DNA from: Ostrea edulis
Taxonomy: Eukaryota
Assembly: GCF_947568905.1 (NCBI RefSeq)
Contig: NC_079172.1
Location: 64,976,001-65,040,000 of the forward strand
Direction of reading: 5' to 3'
Length of the DNA stretch: 64,000 bases
In this document: in pieces, positions 33,919 through 48,174 of the stretch
How the letters are laid out: each line of letters opens with the position of its first letter
Position numbering within the stretch: position 1 is the first letter of the stretch
Notes under the pieces: generated by a model
The model's database searches: none
The model's input: only the letters and a program-made list of their open reading frames with translations
Told to the model about the DNA's origin: nothing
Made by a program: the position numbers and the translations under genes

Positions 33919-35538
33919 ATGGACCCTCACAACCGAGCCCAGGACGTCCTACGCTGTGACTTATGTGAAGAGAATGTGGTGCAGATGCACTGTGATACGT
34001 GTCTTGTCAAGCTGTGTAAGACCTGTGTAGGAGACCACATCTCATCTGATGAACGCGAGGATCACAAAGTCGTTAGATTCCAGTTCAGGAAATGCATCCC
34101 TGTGTATCCAACGTGTGCATTACATGATAGTAAGCGGTGTGAAATGCACTGCCAGCAGTGCACGGTACCAATCTGTTTCATTTGCGCAACATCTGAGAAA
34201 CATGTTGGCCACAGGTTTAGAAACATTGTAGATATTTTTGATGAAAAGAAGAGAGAGTTTGAAAAAAAGATAAAAGATATCCAAGAAGATATTCGAGTGA
34301 AACACGCGGATCAAGCTTCGAAAATGGAGAAGCGAATTGCGGATCTAGAAAAGGAATGCACGGCACTTCTAGACACTGTGTCTAAACACGGAGAAGAACT
34401 GAAAAGAGAAATTGATCAAATTGTTAAGGAGGTGCAGTCCGAAATTGAGAGTATTAGGAAAAATCACGTGGAACTGTTGACGACAACAAGAACAGAAGTC
34501 CAGCAGAATTTGACCGAGATCGACAGGGAAGTGTCCTCATTAAAAGAAACACTAGACTCTAACGACATTAACAAAGTCTTCCACTTTACACCAAACAACA
34601 AGATTTACAAAAATCTATCAGACGATCCTGTGCTGACGATGCCGGTTTTCTCTACAAAGAGGATCGACTCTGTACAACTCCGTGAAATGTTTGGAACACT
34701 GTCCACCGCTATAGCAAAAGTCAGACTGATGGAAACACCGCTAATGGTCCATAGAATAACGACTGGTTATTCTGACCTTTATGGTGTTGCATTTCTAGAC
34801 AGGATTAGAATATGGGCAACAGGAGATGCCCAACAAATAAAATTATTTGATGTGAATGACAATTCCATAAAGAAGTCAATCGACACCAAACTGTCAGGCG
34901 AAAAACTTGTATCAGTGACAAATCAAGGCCATCTTCTTTACGCGGAAAAGGGTGACAGGACGATTTACATTGTTAAACGTGAACAGAGTGAAAAATTGAT
35001 CAGTCTATTTGGCTGGGGAGTTCACGGCTTCTGCATCACTTCCGCTGACGACCTTCTGGTCGTCATGAGAAGTGTAAATAACGGAAAAGAAACTAGAGTT
35101 GTCCGATATCATGGACGTGAAGAGAAGGAAATTATCCAGTTTGAAAGTAAAGGGAAGCCTTTGTATTCAGTTGGTAGCAACTCAAAATACATTTGTGAGA
35201 ACAGGAACTTTGATATCTGTGTGGCAGACAGAGATGCGTGCGCAGTGGTGGTCGTGAGTCAAGATACGAAACTCAGGTTCCGGTATAAAGGAAATCCATC
35301 AAGTTTGCGCAAAACTGAATTCAAACCGAAAGGTATAACTACCGACAACCTGAGTAATATTCTTGTTTCAGATCTAGATAATGCTTGTGTCCACATTGTT
35401 GATCAAAACGGAAAGTTTCTTACATTTATTGACTGTCCACGTGTGCAGCCCTGGGGATTGTGCGTCGGTTTGGATAACTACGTGTATGTTGCAGATAATT
35501 TATCCAGAGATGTTATAAAGATTCGGTTTCTTCAATAA
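33919..35538 (+). CDS. TRIM-like protein copy D, 539 aa
   Basis: Intact ORF; B-box1 retains the terminal His (GDH-x8-H). Confidence 0.92.
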   Translation: MDPHNRAQDVLRCDLCEENVVQMHCDTCLVKLCKTCVGDHISSDEREDHKVVRFQFRKCIPVYPTCALHDSKRCEMHCQQCTVPICFICATSEKHVGHRFRNIVDIFDEKKREFEKKIKDIQEDIRVKHADQASKMEKRIADLEKECTALLDTVSKHGEELKREIDQIVKEVQSEIESIRKNHVELLTTTRTEVQQNLTEIDREVSSLKETLDSNDINKVFHFTPNNKIYKNLSDDPVLTMPVFSTKRIDSVQLREMFGTLSTAIAKVRLMETPLMVHRITTGYSDLYGVAFLDRIRIWATGDAQQIKLFDVNDNSIKKSIDTKLSGEKLVSVTNQGHLLYAEKGDRTIYIVKREQSEKLISLFGWGVHGFCITSADDLLVVMRSVNNGKETRVVRYHGREEKEIIQFESKGKPLYSVGSNSKYICENRNFDICVADRDACAVVVVSQDTKLRFRYKGNPSSLRKTEFKPKGITTDNLSNILVSDLDNACVHIVDQNGKFLTFIDCPRVQPWGLCVGLDNYVYVADNLSRDVIKIRFLQ

Positions 35539-36673
35539 GGATTTCATAGACCTGGGATTCAATGCTTGACACAAATGGGAAAGACCAAAATAAAAAGATA
35601 GTAATGAAAAATAAAAACATGCCGTGCATAAAAGTCGTTGTGCAGATAATAAAGGACTTTCTACAGTTAGATGAATATGATAAATTCTAAATGCATGTTG
35701 TACGTGATTTGATATAACAGAAAATCCGTAATATGACGTAATAAATGTCCGACTTCTCCTGAATGTTTGAAACGTCGATGAAGAACTGTACGTTTTAGAA
35801 TTATTTTCTTGAATGAAGAGAGAATTCGAATTGTTATTATTTTGTGGATTAAAGTCGAACTGGCCAATTGAGAATTCTTTCTAGTCGAAAAATGTCCTTG
35901 CAGAGACATGTTTCTCAAAAAGTTGATCGAATACATATTTGGCGTGTTCTTGACGTTGTACATAAGTAATCCAATGGTAACGAGCATTTTCCGCGAGAAC
36001 GCATTGATAGAATTTAAATCATTCCATTTCTATATATAGCATTGTCTGTGTATTTGTGGGGCCAAAACAGTGGTGATCACCGACATGAAAAGGTGAAGAT
36101 AACGAACAGTGATCAATCTTGTAACTTCTATAAAAATACAAAATTAAGAGTTGGGGAAGCAAGGACATTTTTTGGATTCCTTTGCGGATTTGCTAAACAG
36201 TTAAACATATTTACGTTAAAGCATATTATATTATTGATATTTAATAAGGAAACAAAACATACCTCTAGAATCCAAAACCTAAGTGTGAGGATTGAACGAA
36301 ATATTCTTTTAATGGGACAGATCCACGATTTCCATCTCAATTTTCTTTTTTTACTTTTAATGACCAAAATCTACTGTCTAAGTTTCACAAAATTAAGGCT
36401 ATACATGATCAAAGAGGCTCATTTTAGAGAGTTTATTATTTATTTTGTGAACAAAGATTGCGAAATGTTATCGCTTACGAAGTTTTCTAAAGAAATGGAA
36501 ATCGATCAAAGTTTATTATATATATCACATTTAAGTGCTCTTTAGGTAAATTGTGTGAAAAAGGTAAATTTGTGACTGTGTCAAATTAAGCTGCTTTCAA
36601 CAAAATTAGCATTTAATTTACTTCTAATATCGGGTACTTGGAGGGACGAACAGACATAATCTATTATAAATGT

Positions 36674-36676
<3 letters not shown>

Positions 36677-36726
<50 letters not shown>
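36677..36726. repeat. (AT)25 microsatellite
   Basis: Read directly. Confidence 0.95.
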
Positions 36727-36728
<2 letters not shown>

Positions 36729-36811
36729 CGTGGGGATCGAGAAAGAAATCTGGAACTTGAGGTTGCGAAGTGAGCGCCAAACCACTAGGAAGTTGGCACT
36801 AACCAAACCAC

Positions 36812-37235
36812 TGACTTAAACAATCCATGAGTTAATTGGACTCGAAGCATCGGTGAGTAAGTCGGACTCAAAACATCCGTGAGTTATTGGTACTCAAAGC
36901 ATATCCGTGAGTAAATGGGACTCAAAATATCCTTGAGTACTTGGGACTCAAAACATACATGAGTAAATGGGTCTCAAAGCATACGTGAATAAATGAAACT
37001 CAAATCATCCGGGAGTAAATATTACTAAAAGCATCCTTGAGTAAATGGGATTCAAAACATCTGTGAGTAAAGAGACTCAAAGCATACATGAATAAATGAA
37101 ATGAAATCATCGGTGAGTAAATACGACTCAAAACATCCGTGAGAAAGGAGACTCAAATCACCCGTGAGTAAATGGCACTCAAAGCATCCGTGAGTAAATG
37201 ACACTCAAAACGTCTTTGAGTTAATGACACTCAAA
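36812..37235. repeat. 26-bp minisatellite
   Basis: Homologous tandem units. Confidence 0.85.
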
Positions 37236-37340
37236 GAAGGGACTCAAGGTTATCCAACTATGTGTTCATCCAAGAGGATTTAACTAACAAATTTCGTAAA
37301 ACCGGGGGGTGGGTGGGGGGGTGGGGAGGGGTGCTGGTGT

Positions 37341-37459
37341 TAGTCTCGTTTTCGCACGATTTCTCGGTTGGCCTCGATTTGAAATCACAAACTTGAAATA
37401 TTAACCATACCAGACTCTCGCTCGTGCAATGTCGCAAGAGTCTGAGAAGAGCGAGACTA
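37341..37459. mobile_element. 119-bp MITE-like element
   Basis: Homolog of 9259-9377. Confidence 0.45.
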
Positions 37460-37652
37460 GGCTGGTGTTTAAATAATTCTCATAGACCCCCACACTCTCT
37501 ACTATCAGCTCATACATTCATGTCTTGTCTGGGAGAGTAACGAACGACAACTCTACATGGAGATAGAGACCTCCGTACCAGAAAAGTCAGTACTTGCGGG
37601 ACAGCTTATTACATTGATACAAGTAGTCAAAGTGCATATATTTCAATATATG

Positions 37653-38095
37653 TTGATATATCTCAACTAATTCGATATGCAAGAGCTTGTTCTGGGTATA
37701 GTCAGTTTTTAAATCGAGGTAAGCTACTGACAAACAAGTTGATGGTACAGGGATTTCAACAGTCTCGACTGAAGTCAGCATTTCGCAAATTCTATGGTCG
37801 TTATAACGATCTAGTTCGTCAATACGACCTCGCATTGGGTCAAATGCTGTCTGACGTGTTTCATACCGATTGTTAAGCCGTTCTTGGCACACTAATTTTG
37901 ACTGCGGATAACTCCGTTTACCTGATCAGGATATGGGGCTCACGGCGGGTGTGACCGGTCAACAGGGGATGCTTACTCCTCCTAGACACCTGATCCCACC
38001 TCTGGTTGTCCAGGGGTCCGTGTTTGCCCAACTATCTATTTTGTATTGTTTGTAGGAGTTATGAGATTGATCACTGTTCGTTATCTTCACCTTGC
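37653..38095 (+). mobile_element. 5'-truncated Penelope-like retroelement (RT C-terminus plus 3' region)
   Basis: Encodes ISQLIRYARAC...FRKFYGRYNDLVRQ; empty site at ~26312 in spacer C (one fewer ATG, compatible with a 3-bp duplication). Confidence 0.75.
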
Positions 38096-38278
38096 ATGAT
38101 GATGCTAATAGTGTGCTTTACTTATAAAGGATAGCACAATTAGTTCAGCAGAAACATATAGGTCTCAGAACTAGTTCACATGGTGGTTCTGATCAGATAC
38201 ATATAGTCAGCAGCATTATGAAGATACAATAATCAGTATATGAAGTTATGTTACATACATGCGCTATCTGCATACATA

Positions 38279-39596
38279 CGAGGACTGTTCGATATGTAAT
38301 GTGTTTTGTACCACAGCGCGATAACGCTTTGCACGATTTCGTGGATGATGATACTCTTGAATGGCTCTATTCAATACCTTTCCAACTGTATAAACACGAG
38401 CCTTCAGCTCCATATAGTTTTAAATTTATAGTCATTTCAATAGAGCCAGTCGTTGACCACTGTTGTAAAAATGGTTGGAAAACGGGTTGAGAATATTGAA
38501 GAAATTAGAGCTTATATAAAAGTTCGCACGAAATCGGTCAGTCGGTAGTGCAGAGTTTTACTGAATACTGGGGGAAATTTATGGGTCTGATAAGGAATCT
38601 TATGAGACAGTTTGTAAAAACATTCTGACTGGCACATATTCTGTCAAAGATGTAGCAAAATCTGGCCGACCTGTGACTGTAACAGGCAGGGCAAATGTCT
38701 CAAAAGTCAGGGAAATAATTGAAAGTGATGGCAGATACACGATTCGTGATATTGCCAAAACTGTTGGCATATCGCTATCGTGGGTGCATTTCATTTTGAA
38801 GCGTATTTTGAAAGTACGAAAGATTTCTGCCAGATGGATACAACATATATTGACAGATGACCAGAAACGGGTACGAGTACAAACCGCTAAGCAATTGCTC
38901 AAAATGTTTTCCAAATTCAGTCAAAGACAATTTGCAAACATTGTTACTGGTGACAAAACATGGGTTCACTATTTCGAACTAGTAAGAAAAATTGGAAACA
39001 AAATATGGCTTACTAAACACGGTAGAAGACCTGTTGTTGCCAAAGAACCATAAGCACAAAGAAGGTTCTTTATTGCATATTCTTCTCATGTGATGGTAAA
39101 GCTGTACAAATTCCGGTATCGAAGGGCAAAAGTGTTACAGGTCGGTATTACTGAGATGTTATACTAAAAAAAGCTGAAGAAATATTATTATAAACAACTC
39201 CCTGTTTCAGGATTTAGGCATGCTTGTCTACTTCATGATAATGCTCCATCACATACATCTGAGCTTGTGAAGCAATTTTTGAAGTCGGAGAAGGTTACCG
39301 TCTTGCTACACCCACCATACTCTCCATATGTAGCCCCATGCGACTATTTCCTTTTTCCAAAACTTAAAAAGTTCTTAACTGGTCGTCGTCACAAGTCCCG
39401 ACAAGCCCTTGGCTCAGCCATCAGTCAGTGCCTCAGAGGTCTACCTGAATCAGCGTACCGTGAGGCATCTCAGAAATAGATTCCGAGATTGAAATTATGT
39501 ATTTCAAACCGCGGAGAATGTAATGTTCATTTCATCATTTGAGTCGAATGCTTTTGAGATATAGTACAATACACATTACATATCGAACAACCCTCG
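38279..39596 (+). mobile_element. Full-length inactive mariner (DD34D)
   Basis: TA flanks and TIRs; 34 residues between the D of HDNAPSH and the D of APCD; same frameshift at ...KEP* as the other copies. Confidence 0.92.
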
Positions 39597-40791
39597 TAAA
39601 ACTGAAAACAACAATAAATGAGCACGTGTGTGTTCTTTTTAAATCTCAGGGTGAAAAAGTAAAATAGCAGATTTAAAAGTTTCCAATATTGGATATTATG
39701 CTTAATTTTTGTGGACATATTATTACAGAACTGAATCGTAAATTACAAAAATATTCAAAATATTGTGTCTTTGTCCTCTGGATATAAAATGAATTACTCT
39801 GAATTAATGTTTTTTTGATTTGAACATATTTTATTGTATAGATATACATATGGATTAGTTACAAGTTCTAGCAACTTATTAAACCTCTCCCGTGGTAGAT
39901 TTGCTGCTAATTTCGTAATCATTCTGAAAAACATCTAAATAATTGGGAGTTAAACCATGTAAACCTTTGATGACAAGATTCATAGTTCTACATACAAAAT
40001 AGTCGGATGGAGGCAGCCCCTTAAGTTGCTGTATCATTTCTTTCGTAGGTGTAGAAAAATTTCTATTCATAATCCATGTAGCAGCTTGTTATTTGTAACG
40101 ACCGTTCTTATTTTTCACATTGCCTCAAACATTACGACAGTAGTAAAATGAAGAAAGACGATTGTGTTAAAATTTTTCCAGTAATAATCATTTGGCATGA
40201 ATAAACGTAATCCAGACGGCACACCTACGTGTATTTTGCTTGAAAAACATTCTTTTGGGGGATGTTTGTTCTTATATTGTTGTTGTTGTTTTGTTTCTTG
40301 ATTTGTTTTTAAAAACAATTTTTATACTCCTCCTGTTTATCATCGGCTTGGATATTAGCGTTGGGGGGGGGAGCTTTGACATGGGAGGACACCGGAGTAC
40401 CCGGGGCGAAAATCCACGTGGGCTGCTACGATACCCACTCTGGTCAAGGGCTTCAAAATGTGAGCAAGACATCGTAGATTTAGCTTCTTTCACGCCAATA
40501 CTCGAGGTCCATGGTAGGGGGTTTGAATTTTAAGATCGAAAAAATAACAAGGTGTTATTATTAGTATACAGACGTCATAACTTATTCACAGGAACATCGT
40601 CCAGTGGTGTGGTGATACATTATCGTTGGATCAAAGGGTCACATTAAATCCGGGACCAATGTTATCTTAAAATGTTTAATCTACTGAGAAAAATCTACCG
40701 TGTTTTAATGAAAACCCCATTTTCTTGTTCTCTAGAATGCAAGTTCTATAGAGAAAATATATTACAACATTTTGTGTCCTCTAGGAGATCG

Positions 40792-41129
40792 ATTGAATGT
40801 TTTCCGTCTCGTTGAGAATTTTTCACTAATATTGAGACATCACCAGCTGTATGTGAAGTACCACAAATTTAGACCTATGCTTAGCGCTCAGGGCCTTAGC
40901 AGTAATGTTTCTTTTTCGTGTCAACGCCTGCCGTGATACGAGACCTCGATTTTTAAGGACATATACGAAAGAACCGTGATTATCACTTATAAATGACGAG
41001 CGTTTAGGAAAGGAGCAATCACAACCCGTTATAACATCGTTCGTTTGACCCGGCCATGCCATGAGCGGGGCTCGAACTCACGACCTCCCTGTTGCGAAGC
41101 GAACACTTTACCACTGAACTACCGCGACC
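40792..41129 (-). mobile_element. tRNA-derived SINE
   Basis: Near-identical to 13461-13798. Confidence 0.75.
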
Positions 41130-41157
41130 AGTGCCTGTAGGGGAAATATTGAAAATC

Positions 41158-41942
41158 TCAAAAGTGTCATATCCTACACTGCAGACAATGTTTCAAGATC
41201 ATAGAAAATATACTAAAAGATTGTCAATATTTCCCCAACTTGACATATATAACATTAAAGATTGTCAATCTTTCCCCTACATGACATAGATAACATTAAA
41301 GATTCTCAATGTTTCCCCTACATGACATAGATAACATACTTAAAGATTGTCAATGTTTCTCCTACATGACATATATAGCATTAAAGATTGTCAATGTTTC
41401 CCCATCACGACATAGATAACATTAAAGAATGTCAATATTTCCCTTACATGACATAGATAACATTAGAGATTGTCAATGTTTCCCCTACATGACATAGATA
41501 TCATACTTAAAGATTGTCAATGTTTCTCCTACATGACATAGATAGCATACTAAACGATTCTCAGTCTTTCCCCTACATGACATAGATAATATTAAAGAAT
41601 GTCAATATTTCCCCTACATGACATAGATATTATTAAAGATTGTCAATGTTTCCCCTACATGACATAGACAACATTAAAGATTGTCAATGTTTCCCCTACA
41701 TCACAGAGATAACATACTTAAAGATTGTCAGTATTTCCCCTACATGACATAGATAACATTACAGATTGTCAATGTTTCCCCTACATGACATAGATAACAT
41801 TCTTGAAGATTGTCAATATTTCCCCTACATGACATAGATAACATTCTTGAAGATAGTCCTGTGGAGGATATATTGAGAGTCTTTAAGTAAGTTATCTATA
41901 CTCTAGCAACATTGTCTACAGTGCAGGATATGACACTTTTGA
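41158..41942. repeat. 41-bp minisatellite with inverted arms
   Basis: Homolog of 13827-14728. Confidence 0.85.
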
Positions 41943-43443
41943 AACTCTATTCATTTTAAGGAGGTATGCTACACCAGAGAAATTTGATAATGATTTAAAG
42001 TGAATATGTACAACAATAATTTGGAATTGAACACTTTCAAATTTACTTTTATTTAGTAATAAAATGCAGTTTTAATAGAAAGCAATCTGAACTTTTTTTT
42101 CTTCAAAAAACGCCTGCTGGACCCGAATTCGCGATCTGCAGTTCAGCTACTGAGTTACTCAGCTAGAAAATGATATTTTATTGATTGATTGATTGTACAT
42201 GCATATGGAGACGTCACCATTATCCGCGAAGGGCTGCAAAATTTAGGCATTTGAAATGAATAGACAAGTATTGCTGATAGTTAAGCAATGAATTATTATT
42301 TTTTGAAAGAAGTAATCTCATAACTGCAACAGTGTGTGCATACAAATTAAATAACGCGCATTGAGAAACTTTTTTTGCATACACCGTTGCAGTTATGAGA
42401 CTATCGTCTTAAAAAAAATGCCTCTATCATAAGATCAACTTCTCTACCATCGAATGAGGTGCACTTGTGTTATTTGAGACGGGAATGGATAACAAAGCTT
42501 TGCTTTCATTCTGCACACGTGCACCGAGCACAGCAACTAGTGATTTTGTCTGTAATAATAATAGTAGGGGTCTATATCATACCACCCCCTAATGAAAAGT
42601 AAAGATAACGAAAAGTGATCAATCTCATAACTCACAGAAACAATACAAAATAGAGAGTTGGGCAAACAAGGTTCCCTGAATATACCAGAGGTTGGATGAG
42701 GTAGGGTTATAATAATCTTTTTAGAAGGTGGTATGGTATAGACCCCTACTATTATTAATTACAAAATTACTGGTTGCTGTCGGCTAATTGCAGACGACAT
42801 GATAGACAGTGTTGATATGCCTTACAGATTTACAGTTATTCGATTCTTGCATTTATCAACAAATATCCTTCAAAATTCTCTCATGCATTTTATCACAGGA
42901 TTAAAGAATAAATGTAAATATTTATATTTTCATTCATGTTTTGAAAGGAAGTCAGCGATTAGGACGATGTAGAGTACCTCCTTAACTGCAATCTACACCA
43001 ATCGCTTTCTGATTTAAATCACTGGTCACATACCTGGGATGATATGATATCTTTTATAGTCGAGGACGGCAGCCATTGTGATAGTTTAGGTAGGACTATT
43101 GATTACGGTAGGGTATCGGCCCTATATACTATATAAGGAAATACAACAGGAGGGAATGATGATGCATGCTTGTTACGATCTCTGACATAATCCATTGTGT
43201 AGAAAACATAACTTCTGAAATTTAGTTCATTTCAAATGCAATTTACAGCAATTGCGTCAAGATTTAAAGCATGGATTACCTGCCTTATCTTTTGTTGTTG
43301 TGGATGGCCGCCATTGTGAGAGATTAGGTGAGGACTCTAGATTATGATACTCATAGAGTGTATAGCAAATACAACACACGGAAATAATGATGCGTGTTTG
43401 TTTCCATCTCTGACGTAATTCATTTCAGGAATCTAAAATAAAG

Positions 43444-45078
43444 ATGGACCCTCACAACCGAACCCAGGACGTCCTACACTGTGAATTATGTGAAGAGAAT
43501 GTGGTACAGATGCACTGTGATACGTGTCTTGTCAAGCTGTGTAAGACCTGTGTAGGAGACCACATCTCATCGGAGGAATGCGAGGATCCCAAAGTCGTTA
43601 GATTCCAGTCCAGGAAATCCGCCCCTGTGTATCCAACGTGTGCATTGCATGATAACAAGCGGTGTGAAATGCACTGCCAGCAGTGCACTGTACCAATCTG
43701 TTTCATTTGCGCAACATCTGAGAAACACGCCGGTCATAGATTTAAAAACATTGTAGACATTTTTGATGAAAAGAAGAGAGAGTTTGAAAAAAAGATAAAA
43801 GATCTCCAAGAAAATATTCGAGTGAAACGCGCGGATCAAGCTTCGAAAATGGAGAAGCGAATTGCGGATCTAGAAAAGGAATTCACGACACTTCTAGACA
43901 CTGTGTCTAAACACGGAGAAGAACTGAAGAGAAAAATTGATCAAATTGTTATGGAGGTGCAGTCCGAAATTGAGAGTATTAGGAAAAATCACGTGGAGCT
44001 GTTGACGGCAACAAGAACAGAAGTCCAGCAGAATTTGACCGAACTCGACAGGGAAGTGTCCTCATTAAAGGAAACACTAGATTCTAACGACATCAACAAA
44101 GTCTTCCATTTTACACCAAAGAACAAGATTTACAAAAATCTATCAGACGATCCCGTGCTGACGATGCCGGTTTTCTCTACAAAGAGGATCGACTCCGTAC
44201 AACTCCGTGAAATGTTTGGAACACTGTCCAACATTGTAACCAAACCCACCGCTATAGCAAAAGTCAGACTGATGGAAACACCGCTAATGGTCCATAGAAT
44301 AGCAACTGGTTATTCTCAACTTTATGGTGTTGCATTTCTAGACAGGATTGGGATATGGGCAACAGGAGATGCCCAACAAATAAAACTATTTGATGTGAAT
44401 GACAAGTCCATAAAGAAGTCAATCGACACCAAACTGTCAGGCGATCAACTTATATCAGTGACAACTCAAGGTCATCTTCTTTACGCGGAGAGGAAAGGCA
44501 AGACGATTTAAATTGTTAAACGTGAACAGAGTGAAGAATTGATCAGTCTACAAGGCTGGGGAGTTGTTGGTTTCTGTGTCATTTCCGTTGACGATCTGCT
44601 GGTCGTCATGACAAGTGATGACAAAAGAGAAACTAGAGTTGTCCGACATCATGGGCGTGAAGAGAAGGAAATTATCCAATTTGAAAGTAAAGGGAAACCT
44701 CTCTATTCAGTTGGTCCAAACCAAAAGTTCATTTGCGAGAACAGGAACTTTGATATCTGTGTGGCAGACAGAGATGCGTGCGCAGTAGTGATCGTGAGTC
44801 AAGATATGAAACTCAGGTTCCGGTATAAAGGAAATCCATCAAGTTTGCGTTTAAATGAATTCAGACCGAAAGGCATAACCACCGACATCCTGTGTAATAT
44901 CCTTGTTTCAGATATGTATAATGCTTGTGTCCACGTTGTTGATCAAAACGGAAAGTTTCTCACATTTATAAACTGTCCACGTGTGGAGCCCTGGGGACTG
45001 TGCGTCGGTTTGGATAACTATCTGTATGTTGCAGATACTGCATCTAGTAATGTTATAAAGATTCGGTTTCTTCAATAA
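43444..45078 (+). pseudogene. TRIM-like copy E with a single premature stop (355-aa truncated product or pseudogene)
   Basis: TAA at 44509-44511 where paralogs have TAC/CAC; the downstream frame stays open to the normal stop at 45078. Confidence 0.8.
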
Positions 45079-45424
45079 GGATTTCATAGACCTAGAAATC
45101 AATGCTTGACACAAATGGGAGAGACCAAAAATAAAAAGATAGGAACGAAAAATAGATGTAGAAACATGCCGTGCATAAAAGTCGTTGTAATAAAGTACTT
45201 TCTACAGTTATATGATGAATTCTAAATGCATGTTGTACGTGATTTAATATAATAGAAAATCCGTAATATGACGTAATAAATGTTCGACTTCTCCTGGATG
45301 TTTGAGACGTTGATGAAAAATTGTACGTTTTCGAATTATTTTCTTGAATGAAGAGATAATTCAAATTGTTACTATTTTGTGGATTAAAATCGAACTGGCC
45401 AATTGAGAATTCTTTCTAGTCGAA

Positions 45425-45857
45425 GAAAAATCATAATTTAGCCCCAAACCTCCTAAATGCCACAATATTTATGTTAAACAACTTGATATATAATCAAAGG
45501 GTTACATATGTTCACAAAATACTTTTTTCCAAATGTCAACGACATCTACATCGGATCTGAAAAGTTTCTCCAGTTTTCGGCTATTATTCTTACAAATTTT
45601 AGGCTTTTGCCCCTAAATTGGATAAGGTTTTCATACAAACAATCTGATTTATAGTTAAATGGTTACATACTTCCAGAAAATAATTGTTTTCAAAGGTCCA
45701 TATTATCTGTGCTTTTTGCCCCCAAACTCGTAAACGCCCCCACGTAGAAATGTCAAACAACCTGATTTATAATCAAGAGACTATGTACTTTTAAAAAATA
45801 CTTGTTTGCAAAATCCCTAGGGGGGTCCCCCATTACCTTTACTAGCCCATGGTCTAA
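45425..45857. mobile_element. ~430-bp repeat-bearing insertion, second copy
   Basis: Homolog of 24390-24829 with the same junctions. Confidence 0.55.
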
Positions 45858-46702
45858 TAAGTAATCCAACGAAGATTTTCCGCGAAAACGCATTGATATA
45901 ATTTAAATCATGCCATTTCTATCTATAGCATTGCCTGTGTATTTGTGGGGCCAAAAAGTGGTGATCACCGACATAAAAAGGTGATGATAACGAACAGTGA
46001 TCAATCTTATAACTTTTACAAAAATACAAAATTAAGAGTTGGGGAAGCAAGGATATTATTTGGATTCCTTTGCGGATTTGCTAAACAGTTAAACATATTT
46101 ACGTTAAAGCATATTATATTATTGATATTTAATAAGGAAACAAAACGAACTTCTAGAATCCAAAATCTAAGTGTGAGGATTGAGCGAAATATCTAAGTGT
46201 GAGGATTGAGCGAAGTATTCTTTTAATGGGACTGATCCACGATTTCCAACTCAATTTTCTTATTTTACTTTTAATGACCAAAATCTACTGTCTAGTGTGT
46301 TTAAAAAGTTTCACAAAATTAAGGCTATACATTATCAAAGAGGCTCATTTTAGAGAGTTTATTATTTATTTTGTAAACAAAGATTGCGAAATGTTATCGC
46401 TTACGAAGTTTTCAAAAGAAATGGAAATCGATCAAAGTTTATTATATATATCACATTTAAGTGCACTTTAGGTAAATTGTGTGAAAAAGGTAAATTTGTG
46501 ACTGTGTCAAATTAAGCTGCTTTCAACAAAATTAGCATTTAATTCACTTCTAATATCGGGTACTTGGAGGGACGAACAGACACCATCTATTATAAATGTC
46601 ATATATATATATATATTGCGGCGTGGGGATCGAGAAAGAAATCTGGAACTTGAGGTTGCGAAGTGAGCGCCAAACCACTAGGAAGTTGGCACTAACCAAA
46701 CC

Positions 46703-47128
46703 ACTGACTTAAACCATCCATGAGTAAATTGGACTCGAAGCATCGGTGAGTAAGTGGGACTCAAAGCATCCGTGAGTTATTGGTACTCAAAGCATATCCG
46801 TGAGTAAATGGGACTCAAAATATTCTTGAGTACTTGGGACTCAAAACATACATGAGTAAATGGGTCTCAAAGCATACGTGAATAAATGAAACTCAAATCA
46901 TCCGTGAGTAAATATTACTAAAAGCATCCTTGAGTAAATGGGATTCAAAACATCTGTGAGTAAAGAGACTCAAAGCATACATGAATAAATGAAATGAAAT
47001 CATCGGTGAGTAAATACGACTCAAAACATCCGTGAGAAAGGAGACTCAAATCACCCGTGAGTAAATGGCACTCAAAGCATCCGTGAGTAAATGGCACTCA
47101 AAACGTCTTTGAGTTAATGACACTCAAA
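46703..47128. repeat. 26-bp minisatellite
   Basis: Near-identical to 36812-37235. Confidence 0.85.
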
Positions 47129-47235
47129 GAAGGGACTCAAGGTTATCCAACTATGTGTTCATCCAAGAGGATTTAACTAACAAATTTCGTAAAACCGGGG
47201 GGGTGGGGGGGGGGGGGTGGGGGGGGTGCTGGTGT

Positions 47236-47354
47236 TAGTCTCGTTCTCGCACGATTTCTCGGTTGGCCTCGATTTGAAATCACAAACTTGAAATATTAAC
47301 CATACCAGACTCTCGCTCGTGCAATGTCGCAAGAGTCTGAGAAGAGCGAGACTA
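47236..47354. mobile_element. 119-bp MITE-like element
   Basis: Homolog of 9259-9377. Confidence 0.45.
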
Positions 47355-47547
47355 GGCTGGTGTTTAAATAATTCTCATAGACCCCCACACTCTCTACTAT
47401 CAGCTCATACATTCATGTCTTGTCTGGGAGAGTAACGAACGACAACTCTACATGGAGATAGAGACCTCCGTACCAGAAAAGTCAGTACTTGCGGGACAGC
47501 TTATTACATTGATACAAGTAGTCAAAGTGCATATATTTCAATATATG

Positions 47548-47991
47548 TTTATATATCTCAACTAATTCGATATGCAAGAGCTTGTTCTGGGTATAGTCAG
47601 TTTTTAAATCGAGGTAAGCTACTGACAAACAAGTTGATGGTACAGGGATTTCAACAGTCTCGACTGAAGTCAGCATTTCGCAAATTCTATGGTCGTTATA
47701 ACGATCTAGTTCGTCAATACAACCTCGCATTGGGTCAAATGCTGTCTGACGTGTTTCATACCGATTGTTAAGCCGTTCTTGGCACACTAATTTTGACTGC
47801 GGATAACTCCGTTTACCTGATCAGGATATGGGGCTCACGGCGGGTGTGACCGGTCAACAGGGGATGCTTACTCCTCCTAGGCACCTGATCCCACCTCTGG
47901 TGTGTCCAGGGGTCCGTGTTTGCCCAACTATCTATTTTGTATTGTTTGTAGGAGTTATGAGATTGATCACTGTTCGTTATCTTCACCTTGC
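47548..47991 (+). mobile_element. 5'-truncated Penelope-like retroelement
   Basis: Same insertion as 37653-38095, duplicated with the unit. Confidence 0.75.
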
Positions 47992-48174
47992 ATGATGATG
48001 ATAATAGTGTCCTTTACTTATAAAGGATAGCACAATTAGTTCAGCAGAAACATATAGGTCTCAGAACTAGTTCACATGGTGGTTCTGATCAGATACATAT
48101 AGTCAGCAGCATTATGAAGATACAATAATCAGTATATGAAGTTATGTTACATACATACGCTATCTGCATACATA

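Noticed and set aside
46165-46214. 26-bp local tandem duplication in the E downstream flank
   Set aside because: Isolated slippage event with no evident consequence.
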